A stretch of 54,602 bases of DNA from Verrucomicrobiia bacterium (GCA_035607275.1 DATNBW010000180.1:1-54602), one strand, 5' to 3'. Counted from the first letter of the stretch, positions 44,556-53,625 are shown. Made by a program: numbers and translations. Notes: generated by a model not told the origin, from the letters alone.

Positions 44556-45727
44556 AACGTGACCTCGTGACCGGCGAGCAGGAGCCGGCCGAGCCGGAGG
44601 ACGTCGCGGAGCTCGGCCGCCTCGCGCACGGACGGGTCCGAGCCGTCCGCCTCGAGCTCGGCGATCCGGCCCTCGACGTTGCGGATGAACGCGCCGGGGA
44701 TCGTGTCGGGCGACGGCAGGTTGCCCCGGGTCAGGGCGGGGGTCGACACGTCGCGGACGCGGAGCTTCAGGAAGCTGCCCTTGAGCCGGTCCTCGATCTC
44801 GTCGGTCGAAAGGTCGAGCTCATCGGGCCGGACGCCGGTCAGCCGGGCGTCGAGGACGAGGTCCGGATCGGACTTCGCGGCGATCGCGGCCAAGACCGCC
44901 GGCTGGTCGCCGATCGTCGCCGCGTCGATGTCGAGCTTCTCGAAGCGGGTCCGGCCGACGACCCGCTCGTCGATCGCGACGGTCCGTTTGGCATTCGTCT
45001 CGTTCAGCTCGACGAGGAGGACCTTGCCCGCGCCGTCCTGGGTCACCGCCACCGGCTCGGGAGCACCCGAGTAGGCCCACGTCGTCGACCCGGCCTTGCC
45101 CTTCTGGGCCGAGTGCCAGTGGCCGAGAGCCAGGTAGTCGAGACCGGTTGCCTCGATCTCCTCGCGGGTGAACACCACCTCGTCGCGGTCGGTGCGGTCC
45201 GGGATCGAGAGCGATCCGTGGACCATCCCGACATGCCACGTCGCCCCGTCGCCGGCGCCGATCTTCAGGTCGCGGAGCGGGCTGTGCGGGGCGCGCTTCG
45301 TCGCGAAGACCGGGCCATGGACGACGACGTCGCACGCGGCCAGGTGAACGCTGGGCCGGTCCGGGGTCAGGACCGTCACGAGGTCGTCGTCCGGGCCGGA
45401 TCCCGCCAGCGCGGCCACGTCGTGGACGCGGAACAGTGACGAGCGGTCGTAGACGTCGTGGGTGCCCGGGATGATCACGGTCCGGATCGTCGCGTCGACC
45501 AGCCGCTTGACCTCGGCCGCAACGCGCTCGACCGAGCGCTTCGGCTGGGTATTCGAGTCGAAGAGGTCGCCGGCGATCAGGACGACATCGACCTTCTCGG
45601 CGATCGCCAGATCGACCGCGGCCGTGAACGCCGCGAATTGCCGTTCGCGCTGGGCGGCCGCCTGCTCACCGAGATCCGCGTGTCGTGCGCCGAGATGGAC
45701 GTCGGCCATGTGGAGGAGTCGGAGCAT
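44552..45727 (-). CDS. Mre11/SbcD-like metallophosphoesterase (YhaO-like DNA repair exonuclease family)
   Basis: MLRLLHMADVHLG, IAGDLFD, IIPGTHD, GMVHG and LGHWH. GTGA overlap with the downstream ATPase. The 141 codons of the track ORF upstream of the ATG at 45727 look non-coding. Confidence 0.85.
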   Translation of the reverse strand: MLRLLHMADVHLGARHADLGEQAAAQRERQFAAFTAAVDLAIAEKVDVVLIAGDLFDSNTQPKRSVERVAAEVKRLVDATIRTVIIPGTHDVYDRSSLFRVHDVAALAGSGPDDDLVTVLTPDRPSVHLAACDVVVHGPVFATKRAPHSPLRDLKIGAGDGATWHVGMVHGSLSIPDRTDRDEVVFTREEIEATGLDYLALGHWHSAQKGKAGSTTWAYSGAPEPVAVTQDGAGKVLLVELNETNAKRTVAIDERVVGRTRFEKLDIDAATIGDQPAVLAAIAAKSDPDLVLDARLTGVRPDELDLSTDEIEDRLKGSFLKLRVRDVSTPALTRGNLPSPDTIPGAFIRNVEGRIAELEADGSDPSVREAAELRDVLRLGRLLLAGHEVTL

Positions 45728-46305
45728 CCGGTCGGGCTGGCCTCCTGTGCCGGCGCGGGTGGGTGGGCGACCGGGCGAATGTCGCTCAGCCGGTTCCGGG
45801 AGCGTCCTCCATCCCGGACCCGGGACGAGCGACCCGGCCCCCCGACCCTGGCTCGCCATGTCGACTGTCGGACGCATTGTGACAGACACGGCGGCCTCGC
45901 TACCCCGGTCGTTCTCGTGCTCCCGGTCGGATCTCCTGCGCTCAGGCGGCTCGCGCCGATCGAACGGGTTCGCGCGGGTGCCGCTGAGCGTGACAAGGCG
46001 TGCCGAAGCCGACAGGAGCGGCACGCGCAGGCGAGTCGCGCCTACGCGCAACACCGATGATGCCCGCTCGAGGCGACCGTCGCGGCTGGCGTCTGCGCGT
46101 CCCGGCTGTTGCAACGCCCGTTCCGGGAGATCGGTGTATGGTCCCGCCATCGATCGACCCGAGCGCCCCGAGACAGGGACTCCATAACGGCACCTGGATA
46201 GCGCGGCGCCGGCCTCTCCGACGCATCCGCACCATCCCTTCTGCCGTCGTGGCCGTCCCGGACGCGCGAGGGTCCCCGCATCGCGCCAGAGGAGAGGAAG
46301 GTTTC

Positions 46306-46644
46306 GTGACCTACGTCGACCGAACGTTGACCTGCGTCGACTGTGGGGTGGAGTTCATCCACTCGGCCGCTGATCAGGAGTACTACATCCAGAAGGGCTT
46401 CGCCTCGGACCCGAAGCGCTGCGCCAGCTGCCGTGCCAGCCGGCGGGCGAGTCGTGAGGCCGGCTATGACGTCCGCGACATCGGTGGGCCTCGCGGCTAC
46501 GAGCGCGGCGACGAGCACGTTGCCCGTGAGTACTTCGCCGTGATCTGCTCGTCCTGCGGCAACCAGGCGCAGGTCCCGTTCAAGCCGCGCATGGATCGCC
46601 CCGTCTACTGCTCCGATTGCTTCCGGCAGGTCAAGCCCGACTGA
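46306..46644 (+). CDS. double zinc-ribbon protein (CxxC-x25-CxxC plus CxxC-x17-CxxC)
   Basis: GGAGAGGAAGG lies 5 nt upstream of the GTG at 46306. The Cys pairs are CVDC...CASC and CSSC-x17-CSDC. Confidence 0.75.
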   Translation: MTYVDRTLTCVDCGVEFIHSAADQEYYIQKGFASDPKRCASCRASRRASREAGYDVRDIGGPRGYERGDEHVAREYFAVICSSCGNQAQVPFKPRMDRPVYCSDCFRQVKPD

Positions 46645-46711
46645 CGCCACACCTGACCGACACCGGTCGAAGCTCGGTGGCCCAGACTCGAGCTCCCGGA
46701 CCCCCTCGCAT

Positions 46712-46740
46712 GAATGCCCCGGTCGTGGACCGGGGCATTC
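46712..46740. terminator. 13-bp perfect stem hairpin between convergent genes
   Basis: gaatgccccggtc, loop gtg, gaccggggcattc. There is no U-tract on either strand. Confidence 0.5.
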
Positions 46741-46897
46741 GCGATTCCGGCCCTGGCCCCTGGTTTACCCACCCCTCGGGTCAACCGAACGATTGGCGCG
46801 CACGGCAACCAGGTCCGGCGCTCAGAACGCCCCGGCTACCGTGGGAATACCCGTGGGACGGGTACGGCTGGGCACGCGATCGATCGCTGACACGGGC

Positions 46898-47623
46898 CTA
46901 CAGCCGGAACACCTCGCCCCGACGGTAGCGCTGCCGCCGGCGCCCGCGCCAGACCGTCACCCGGCCGCGACCCTCGACCTGCCACGACCCGTCGCGGCCG
47001 ACGAGCGCGGTCTCCTCGTCGATTCCGAGCGTCGTCACCCCGCGCGGGACCTGGAGGACGAGGAGGACGGCCATCGGCTCGGGGAAGGCGTCGTAGTGCG
47101 GGATGACCGTGGCGCCGGGCACGAGCGCCAGCCCGTCGTGCCAGCGGAGGGGCCAGAAGAGCCGCCTCCGGCGCGTGTCCCAGTGGCGTGCCGCGAGCGT
47201 CATCGCCCCCGCCGAGCAGCCCGCCAGGGTTGCCCCGCGGCGATGCGCCGCGAGGAGCGCGTTGCCCACCGGCGATCCGACCAGCGCACCGGTCAGGTGC
47301 CCGGGCTTGCCACCGGAGAGATAGATCAGGTCGGCCTCGCCGATCGCCTGAACGTGGGCCTCGTCCTCGGCGTCGAACCGATCCCGGACGAGAACGGGCT
47401 CGACCTCGGCACCGAGTGTCGTGAAGTGCTCGACGCCCATCGAGGCCCAGCGGCGGAAGACCTCCTCGCCGTCGGGCCAGGAGGCCGTCGGCAGGATCGC
47501 GACCCGCGGCCGGCGGCGGCCGGTGGCAGCCAGCAGGGCCGCGTCGATCTCGCTCATCGCGGGCAGGAACTCGCCGGACCCGACGAGCGCAATCGGTCCC
47601 GGTTCCGGCATGGGCCTGAGCAT
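46898..47623 (-). CDS. peptidase S51 / type 1 glutamine amidotransferase-like protein (cyanophycinase/dipeptidase E family)
   Basis: IALVGSGEF, IYLSGGKPGHL and LAGCSAGAM (nucleophile Ser context). Confidence 0.8.
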   Translation of the reverse strand: MLRPMPEPGPIALVGSGEFLPAMSEIDAALLAATGRRRPRVAILPTASWPDGEEVFRRWASMGVEHFTTLGAEVEPVLVRDRFDAEDEAHVQAIGEADLIYLSGGKPGHLTGALVGSPVGNALLAAHRRGATLAGCSAGAMTLAARHWDTRRRRLFWPLRWHDGLALVPGATVIPHYDAFPEPMAVLLVLQVPRGVTTLGIDEETALVGRDGSWQVEGRGRVTVWRGRRRQRYRRGEVFRL

Positions 47624-47652
47624 ATCCGCGGCTGTGCGACACTGCCCGCCAC

Positions 47653-49242
47653 ATGACCCGCGCCCAACGGTGGACCCTGCTGGCGGCGATCGTCGCCTCC
47701 GGCATCGTCTTCCTCGACAGCACCGTGGTGAACCTCGCGCTGAAGCGAATCGGTCAGGAGCTCCCGACCACGACGTCGCTCGGTGTCCTCGAGGCCCAGG
47801 CCTACGTCGGCAGCGGCTACCTCGCCGTCCTCGCCGCCCTCCTGATCATCGCCGGCGCCCTCGCCGACCGGTACGGACGGCGCCGGATCTTCATCATCGG
47901 GCTGGCTTCGTTCGGGGTGATCTCGGTGGCCTGCGGCCTGGCGCCGACCCTCGAGATCCTCATCCTCGCGAGGCTCCTCCAGGGCGCGGCGGGGGCCCTC
48001 CTCGTGCCGGGCTCGCTGGCGATCATCACCGCCGCGTTCGACGGCGCGACGCGCGGTCGCGCGTTCGGCCTGTGGGCGGCGTCCACCTCGGCGCTGACCC
48101 TGCTCGGCCCGATCCTCGGCGGCCTCCTCGTCGACAACGTGTCGTGGCGGGTGGCGTTCCTCATCAACGTTCCCCTCGTCGGGATCGCCCTGTGGGCCGC
48201 GGTCCGCCACGTCAACGAGTCGCGCGACCACGACAGCCGCGGCCACTTCGACTGGCTGGGCTCGATCGTCGGCGCGGTGGCGGTCGGCGGGCTGGCGTTC
48301 GGCGCGATCCGCGGCCAGGAGTCGCAGTGGGCCGACAGCAAGGCGTGGCTTGCACTCGCGATCGGCGCGCTCAGCCTCGTCCTCTTCCCGATCCTCATGG
48401 CCATCCGGCCGAATCCGCTGGTTCCGCTTGCCCTGTTCCGCAACCGCGAGTTCAGGACGATCAACCTCGCGACGTTCCTGATCTACGGCGCACTCTACGT
48501 CTCGTTCACGTACACGGCGCTGCTCTACCAGGGGACGCTCGGCTACAGCGCCACGGGGGCCGCGATCATCGGCCTGCCGGCCGGCGTGCTGCTGGCGACG
48601 CTGTCGGCCCGCGTCGGCGGGCTGACGGCCCGCTACGGGACGCGGATCTTCCTCGTCACGGGTCCCCTGATCGTCGCGGCGGGCCAGCTCTGGCTGGCCC
48701 GGATCCCGGCCTCGTCACGACCGTGGGTCGCCGAGCTGGCCCGGCCCGCCACGCTCATCCCGCCGGTCGATTCGCTGATCGACGTGCTGCCGTCGGTCAT
48801 CGCGTTCGGGGCCGGCATGGCGATGGTCGTCGCGCCGCTGACGACCACGCTCATGAGCTCGGTCCCGGCGCGCAACACGGGCCTCGGATCGGCGATCAAC
48901 AACGCGCTGTCGCGGGTCGGCCAGCCGCTCCTCGGGGCCGTGATCTTCGTCGCGATCACGGCGTCGTTCTACACGTCATTGGCCAGCCGCGTCCCGGGTC
49001 TCGATCCGGCCGACCCGGCGATCCGCAGCGCGATCGTGCCGCTCAACCCGCCCAAGGCCGGGACCCCGGACGCCGAGGTCGCGGCCGCGAAGATCGCGTC
49101 GGTCGAGGCGTTCCACCTGGCGGCGCTCGTGTCGGCCGGCCTGATGATCGCGGGCTCGGCGACGTCATGGATCGGCCTGCGGGCCGCGACCGGACGGGCC
49201 GCCCGATCCAGCTCCGCCGCGGAGGGAGCCGACGCCGCCTGA
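47653..49242 (+). CDS. MFS transporter, EmrB/QacA (DHA2)-like
   Basis: LDSTVVNLALKRI and LADRYGRRRIF. Its length and hydrophobicity are consistent with 14 TM segments. Confidence 0.9.
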   Translation: MTRAQRWTLLAAIVASGIVFLDSTVVNLALKRIGQELPTTTSLGVLEAQAYVGSGYLAVLAALLIIAGALADRYGRRRIFIIGLASFGVISVACGLAPTLEILILARLLQGAAGALLVPGSLAIITAAFDGATRGRAFGLWAASTSALTLLGPILGGLLVDNVSWRVAFLINVPLVGIALWAAVRHVNESRDHDSRGHFDWLGSIVGAVAVGGLAFGAIRGQESQWADSKAWLALAIGALSLVLFPILMAIRPNPLVPLALFRNREFRTINLATFLIYGALYVSFTYTALLYQGTLGYSATGAAIIGLPAGVLLATLSARVGGLTARYGTRIFLVTGPLIVAAGQLWLARIPASSRPWVAELARPATLIPPVDSLIDVLPSVIAFGAGMAMVVAPLTTTLMSSVPARNTGLGSAINNALSRVGQPLLGAVIFVAITASFYTSLASRVPGLDPADPAIRSAIVPLNPPKAGTPDAEVAAAKIASVEAFHLAALVSAGLMIAGSATSWIGLRAATGRAARSSSAAEGADAA

Positions 49243-49299
49243 CGGCCCCAGCCTTGGCGCGAGGGGCGAGCGCGGCCCGGGATCGCCCGTGGAAACCAT

Positions 49300-49327
49300 G
49301 AACCGGGCGGTTGGGCCCGCCCGGTTC
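49300..49327. terminator. 11-bp perfect stem hairpin between convergent genes
   Basis: gaaccgggcgg, loop ttgggc, ccgcccggttc. Confidence 0.5.
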
Positions 49328-49351
49328 GAGTGCGGCGCGAGAGACCGTTGC

Positions 49352-49876
49352 TCAGGCCGGCGGCGCCTCGTCGGTGTTGTCGGCGGGCGGGGCGGTGGGG
49401 GCCGGGGCCGCCGGCGGCGGTGCGGCGGGAGCCGACGTGGCGGGCGGAGGCGGGGTGGTGGTCGAGCCGAAGTTCGGCATCGGCGGCTTCACGATCTGGT
49501 ACTCCTGCCAGGCGCCCCAGACCATCACTGCACCACCGGCGACATACAGAAGGAGCGAGATCGTTGCGGTCGCGCTCAGCCCGCCGATGTACCCGATCCA
49601 GTCGAGGAGGGTCAGGACGGCGAACAGGGCGACCAACGCCGAGATCGCGAGGATGATCAGCGACGTGGGGGCGGGCCACGTGATGTTCTGGTTCGGTGCG
49701 TATTTCAGGTACAGGACCACGAGGACCGCGATCGCCCCGATGAGGGCGACCGATCCGACCCCGAACCCACGCGCCACCAATCCGACGAGCCAGGCCAGGA
49801 TGACGATCCCGGCTCCCGTGGCCGTCAACCGTTCCCGAGGATTGAGCTTGTTCCAGATCTCCTGGACCTGTGCCAC
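49352..49876 (-). CDS. four-TM membrane protein with a Pro/Ala-rich C-terminal tail, unknown function
   Basis: Track ORF 49352..49918 starts at a TTG. GTG at 49876 (GGAGGG 5 nt upstream) or at 49882 is more plausible. The tail is TTTPPPPATSAPAAPPPAAPAPTAPPA. Confidence 0.6.
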   Translation of the reverse strand: MAQVQEIWNKLNPRERLTATGAGIVILAWLVGLVARGFGVGSVALIGAIAVLVVLYLKYAPNQNITWPAPTSLIILAISALVALFAVLTLLDWIGYIGGLSATATISLLLYVAGGAVMVWGAWQEYQIVKPPMPNFGSTTTPPPPATSAPAAPPPAAPAPTAPPADNTDEAPPA

Positions 49877-49979
49877 GATCACCCTCCAGTCTCCCGCCGC
49901 GGAATCGGCGGCTACCAACCCCGCTCCTTAGGGTAGCGACGCGAGGCCGCGGAATCTAGGCCTGACGATCGTTCCATCC

Positions 49980-49985
49980 CATACT
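49980..49985 (+). promoter_or_regulatory. candidate -10-like hexamer CATACT exactly 6 nt upstream of the methyltransferase ATG (leaderless geometry)
   Basis: The plus strand reads CCCATACTCCGCCGATG. Confidence 0.3.
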
Positions 49986-49991
49986 CCGCCG

Positions 49992-50744
49992 ATGAGCCTG
50001 CCGCGCGACTGGGATGCCGCAACGTACGACCGGGTCGCCAACCCGCAGACGTCATGGGGAACGGCGGTCCTCGATCGGCTGCCGCTCCGCGGAGACGAGA
50101 CCATCCTCGATGCCGGCTGCGGCACCGGCCGGGTCACGGAGCTCCTCATCGAGCGCCTCCCGCAGGGCCGGGTCGTTGCGCTCGACGCCTCGCCCGCGAT
50201 GGTCGACGAGGCGCGTCGCCGGCTCGGCCGGTTCGCAGCCCAGGTCGACTTCCTCGTGGCCGACCTCGGGCAGCCGTTCACGCTGCCGGGCGGTGTCCTG
50301 GCCGATGCGATCCTGTCCACCGCCACGTTCCACTGGGTGCCCGACCACGACGCGCTCTTCCGGAACCTCGCCGGGGTGGTCCGCCCGGGCGGTCGTCTCG
50401 TCGCCCAATGCGGCGGGGCGGGCAACATCGCGTCGATCCGGGCGATCCTCGCGACGATCGGCGACGGCTGGCTCGGCGAGGCCCACTACGAGACGCCCGA
50501 AGCGACCGCGGACCGTCTCGCCGCAGCCGGCTTCACCGCCATCGAGACGTGGCTTCAGCCGGAGCCGACCCGGTTCGAGGCCGGCGAGCCGCTCGAGACG
50601 TTCCTGCGAACCGTGATCCTCGGCGGCCACGTCGCTCGACTGGCCGAGGCCGATCGCGACGCGTTCGTGCACGAGGTGGCGACCCGGCTCGCCGAGCCAG
50701 TGGTCGACTACGTCCGGCTGAACATCATCGCGACGCGCGCCTGA
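49992..50744 (+). CDS. class I SAM-dependent methyltransferase (Tam-like)
   Basis: Motif I ILDAGCGTGRVT, plus RVVALDASPAMV. Confidence 0.85.
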   Translation: MSLPRDWDAATYDRVANPQTSWGTAVLDRLPLRGDETILDAGCGTGRVTELLIERLPQGRVVALDASPAMVDEARRRLGRFAAQVDFLVADLGQPFTLPGGVLADAILSTATFHWVPDHDALFRNLAGVVRPGGRLVAQCGGAGNIASIRAILATIGDGWLGEAHYETPEATADRLAAAGFTAIETWLQPEPTRFEAGEPLETFLRTVILGGHVARLAEADRDAFVHEVATRLAEPVVDYVRLNIIATRA

Positions 50745-50900
50745 TCGCGTCCGCGATCGTCGCGCATGCGTGTGTCAGCGCAAGGCGCCGCCACGCGTCT
50801 GCGAGAGCGCACTCGCGGTCGGCTCACCGAGGTCCGAGGCGGAGCTCCGCGACGCCGTCGGCCCGAGGTAACGCCGCGATGGCGCGCGAAGGCGCGACAG

Positions 50901-51452
50901 TCAGCGAACGCGGAAGGATTCGCCGTGGCCGGGGATCACGATGTCGGCCACTGCGAGGACCCTGGCCCGCTGGGTCTCGAGGATCGCCTGGTCCGGCGCG
51001 TAGGGATCGACCTCCGGCGTGCGGTCCTGGCGCCACCAGAGATGCGTCAGGGCATAGACGCCGTCGTCGGCCCGCACGATCAGCGAGGCATCTTCCTCGG
51101 TGTGGCCGGGCGTCAGCCAGAGCTGGACGCGATCGGTCATCTGCCAGCCGTCGCCGGGATGGTCGAGCCACAGGTCGTTCCGGTAGCGAGCCCAGAAGTC
51201 GACGACCTCGGCCTCGGGGAACAGGGCCGCGTTCATCGTGTGATCGGGGTGGTGGTGGCTGAAGAACACGTGCGTCACGTCGGCCGGATCGATCCCGCGC
51301 GCCCGGAGCGGGTCGAGGATCCGTGCGTGGGACGCCACGAGCCCGGGATCCGCGACGATGATCGCGTCGCCATCGCGGATCAGGCTGATGCTGCTGCCGA
51401 CCCGGCTGTCATCGCGAATGTATCCGGCGTGGATGAGCTCAACGGTCGCCAT
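50901..51452 (-). CDS. MBL-fold metallo-hydrolase
   Basis: Internal ATG at 51452 of track ORF 50901..51713. Motifs HHHPDH and PGHG. Confidence 0.8.
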   Translation of the reverse strand: MATVELIHAGYIRDDSRVGSSISLIRDGDAIIVADPGLVASHARILDPLRARGIDPADVTHVFFSHHHPDHTMNAALFPEAEVVDFWARYRNDLWLDHPGDGWQMTDRVQLWLTPGHTEEDASLIVRADDGVYALTHLWWRQDRTPEVDPYAPDQAILETQRARVLAVADIVIPGHGESFRVR

Positions 51453-51459
51453 GGTCGCG

Positions 51460-51465
51460 AGGATA
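51460..51465 (-). promoter_or_regulatory. candidate -10 hexamer TATCCT 7 nt upstream of the MBL hydrolase ATG
   Basis: The minus strand reads GCCGATATCCTCGCGACCATG. Confidence 0.3.
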
Positions 51466-51564
51466 TCGGCTGTCAGCAGCGCCGCTCGGGATGTTCCGAA
51501 GCCGCATGTCTCGCGGACCGGACCGGGCAGGCCCGCCGCAGCACGCGCTGTCATCCTCGGGCCC

Positions 51565-53217
51565 ATGACCGACCCAGCTGGCCCCGCCGACCTGGTGTTC
51601 ACCGGCGGCCACGTCCACACCGTCGATCCAGCGCTGCCGCGAGCGGAGGCCGTCGCCGTCCGCGGTGAGCGGATCGTCGCCGTGGGCTCGGCGGCCGACG
51701 TCGCCGGGCTCATCGGCCGTGGGACCCGCGTCGTCGACCTCGACGGGCGCCTCCTGCTCCCCGGCTTTCAGGACGCACACATCCATCCGATCTCCGGCGG
51801 CGTCGATCGCCTCCAGTGCGATGTCCGCGACGCCCGCGGTCGTGACGGGGTCCTGGACAAGATCCGGGAATACGCCGCCGCCCACCCGGACGACGACTGG
51901 GTGATCGGCAGCGGCTGGTACATGGCCGACTTCGAGAACGGCACGCCACGTCGGGAGGACCTCGACGCGATCATCCCCGACCGGCCGGCGTTGTTCCCGA
52001 ACCGCGATGGGCACTCGACGTGGGTCAACAGCACGGCGCTCGCGCTGGCCGGCATCGACCGCGATACGCCGGACCCGACCGACGGCCGGATCGAGCGCGA
52101 TCCGGACGGGACGCCGACCGGGACGCTCCACGAAGGGGCCGGGCACCTGGTCGAGCGGCTGATGCCCGAGGTCACGGCCGAGCAGATGGCCGACGGCCTC
52201 CATCTCGCCCAGGCCTACCTCCATTCGCTCGGGATCACGGCCTGGCAGGACGCGAGCCTCCGCCCCGAGGACGAGGCGGTCTATCGCGCGGCGGCGGAGG
52301 CGGGCTGGCTGACCGCCCGGGTCGAAGGCGCGATGTGGTGGGATCGCAGCCGCGGCGACGACCAGGTCGAGGAGCTGATCGAACGCTCGCGGACCGGCTC
52401 GGCCGGTCGGCTCCGGTTGAACAGCGTCAAGCTGATGCAGGACGGGGTGCTCGAGACGTTCACGGGCGCCATGATCGACCCGTACCTCGGCGGGGACGGG
52501 TCGCCGACCGACAACCGCGGGATCAGCTTCATCGATCCCGAACGCCTGGCCATCTGGGTGACCAGGCTCGACGCCGCGGGGCTCCAGCCGCATTTCCATG
52601 CGATCGGCGATCGGGCCGTCCGCGAGTGCCTCGACGCGGTCGCCGCGGCGCGCGCCACGAACGGGACGTCGGACACCCGGCCCCACATCGCGCACATCCA
52701 GGTCATCCACCCGGACGACGTCCCGCGCTTCTCGGCCCTCGGGGTGGTCGCCAACGCCCAGCCCTACTGGGCTTGCCACGAGGGCCAGATGGACGTCCTG
52801 ACGATCCCGTTCCTCGGACCGGAGCGGTCGACATGGCAGTACCCGTTCCGGTCCCTGCTCGCGGCTGGGTCGCGCCTGGCCATGGGCTCGGATTGGAGCG
52901 TCTCGACGCCGAACCCGTTGCTCGAGATCGAGGTCGCCGTCACCCGGGTCGCCGACGGGTCACGAGGCGAGCGCGAGCCATTCCTGCCCGAACAGGCGCT
53001 GACGCTCGCCGAGGCGATCCGCGCATTCACGGCCGGGTCCGCCTATGTCAACCACCTCGAGACCGAGACGGGGACGATCCAGGCCGGAAAGCTTGCGGAT
53101 CTGGTTGTCGTCGACCGCGACCTCTTCGCGCCGGACGCCGGTCCGATCGGCGACGGCCGCGTGCTCGCCACGTTCGTCGGGGGCGCGGCCGTGTTCGAGG
53201 GTCCGGCCCTCGGCTGA
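51565..53217 (+). CDS. amidohydrolase family protein (YtcJ-like, amidohydrolase_3)
   Basis: Internal ATG at 51565 of track ORF 51358..53217. Motifs LLPGFQDAHIHP, HFHAIGD and AMGSDW. Confidence 0.85.
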   Translation: MTDPAGPADLVFTGGHVHTVDPALPRAEAVAVRGERIVAVGSAADVAGLIGRGTRVVDLDGRLLLPGFQDAHIHPISGGVDRLQCDVRDARGRDGVLDKIREYAAAHPDDDWVIGSGWYMADFENGTPRREDLDAIIPDRPALFPNRDGHSTWVNSTALALAGIDRDTPDPTDGRIERDPDGTPTGTLHEGAGHLVERLMPEVTAEQMADGLHLAQAYLHSLGITAWQDASLRPEDEAVYRAAAEAGWLTARVEGAMWWDRSRGDDQVEELIERSRTGSAGRLRLNSVKLMQDGVLETFTGAMIDPYLGGDGSPTDNRGISFIDPERLAIWVTRLDAAGLQPHFHAIGDRAVRECLDAVAAARATNGTSDTRPHIAHIQVIHPDDVPRFSALGVVANAQPYWACHEGQMDVLTIPFLGPERSTWQYPFRSLLAAGSRLAMGSDWSVSTPNPLLEIEVAVTRVADGSRGEREPFLPEQALTLAEAIRAFTAGSAYVNHLETETGTIQAGKLADLVVVDRDLFAPDAGPIGDGRVLATFVGGAAVFEGPALG

Positions 53218-53377
53218 GGAACCCGTCAGGACGGCGGCAGGTGCGTCGGTGCGGCGTAGGCGCCGTCCGTCGGATGACGTAGACGCATTGACGTCGCGCG
53301 ACAGTGGGGTGGGAGCCCACCACGTCCGATGATCTCGTCGTGATCCCGACCACGGGATCGGAAAGGAGAGATCAGAC

Positions 53378-53593
53378 GTGAACAGCCTCAGCCACCTCTA
53401 CGTCTCCGCTCACCAGGACGAGATGCGCCGGCTCGCCGCGAACGAGCGCCTCGCCGCGGCCACGGCCTCGAGCTCGCGCTCCTTCAGCCTCGGCGGCGCG
53501 ATCAAGAACGTCTGGTCGCTCCTGAGCGGCCCGGCCGAGCGGCCCGGGATGAACACCTTCCCGACCCTGACCAACTACCCGTTCCGGGGCTGA
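53378..53593 (+). CDS. small hypothetical protein (71 aa)
   Basis: GTG at 53378 with AAGGAG 9 nt upstream, followed by a hairpin and a T-run. No family recognised. Confidence 0.5.
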   Translation: MNSLSHLYVSAHQDEMRRLAANERLAAATASSSRSFSLGGAIKNVWSLLSGPAERPGMNTFPTLTNYPFRG

Positions 53594-53625
53594 CCTCCAA
53601 AGCCCCCTTCGCTCCCTCCTCCACG

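Noticed and set aside
45858-46187. 110-codon plus-strand frame starting MSTVGRIVTD inside the long gap
   Set aside because: It is Arg/Ser-rich, G/C third positions are only about 75 percent by my count, it has no SD, and it is part of a longer ORF that is antisense to the nuclease gene.
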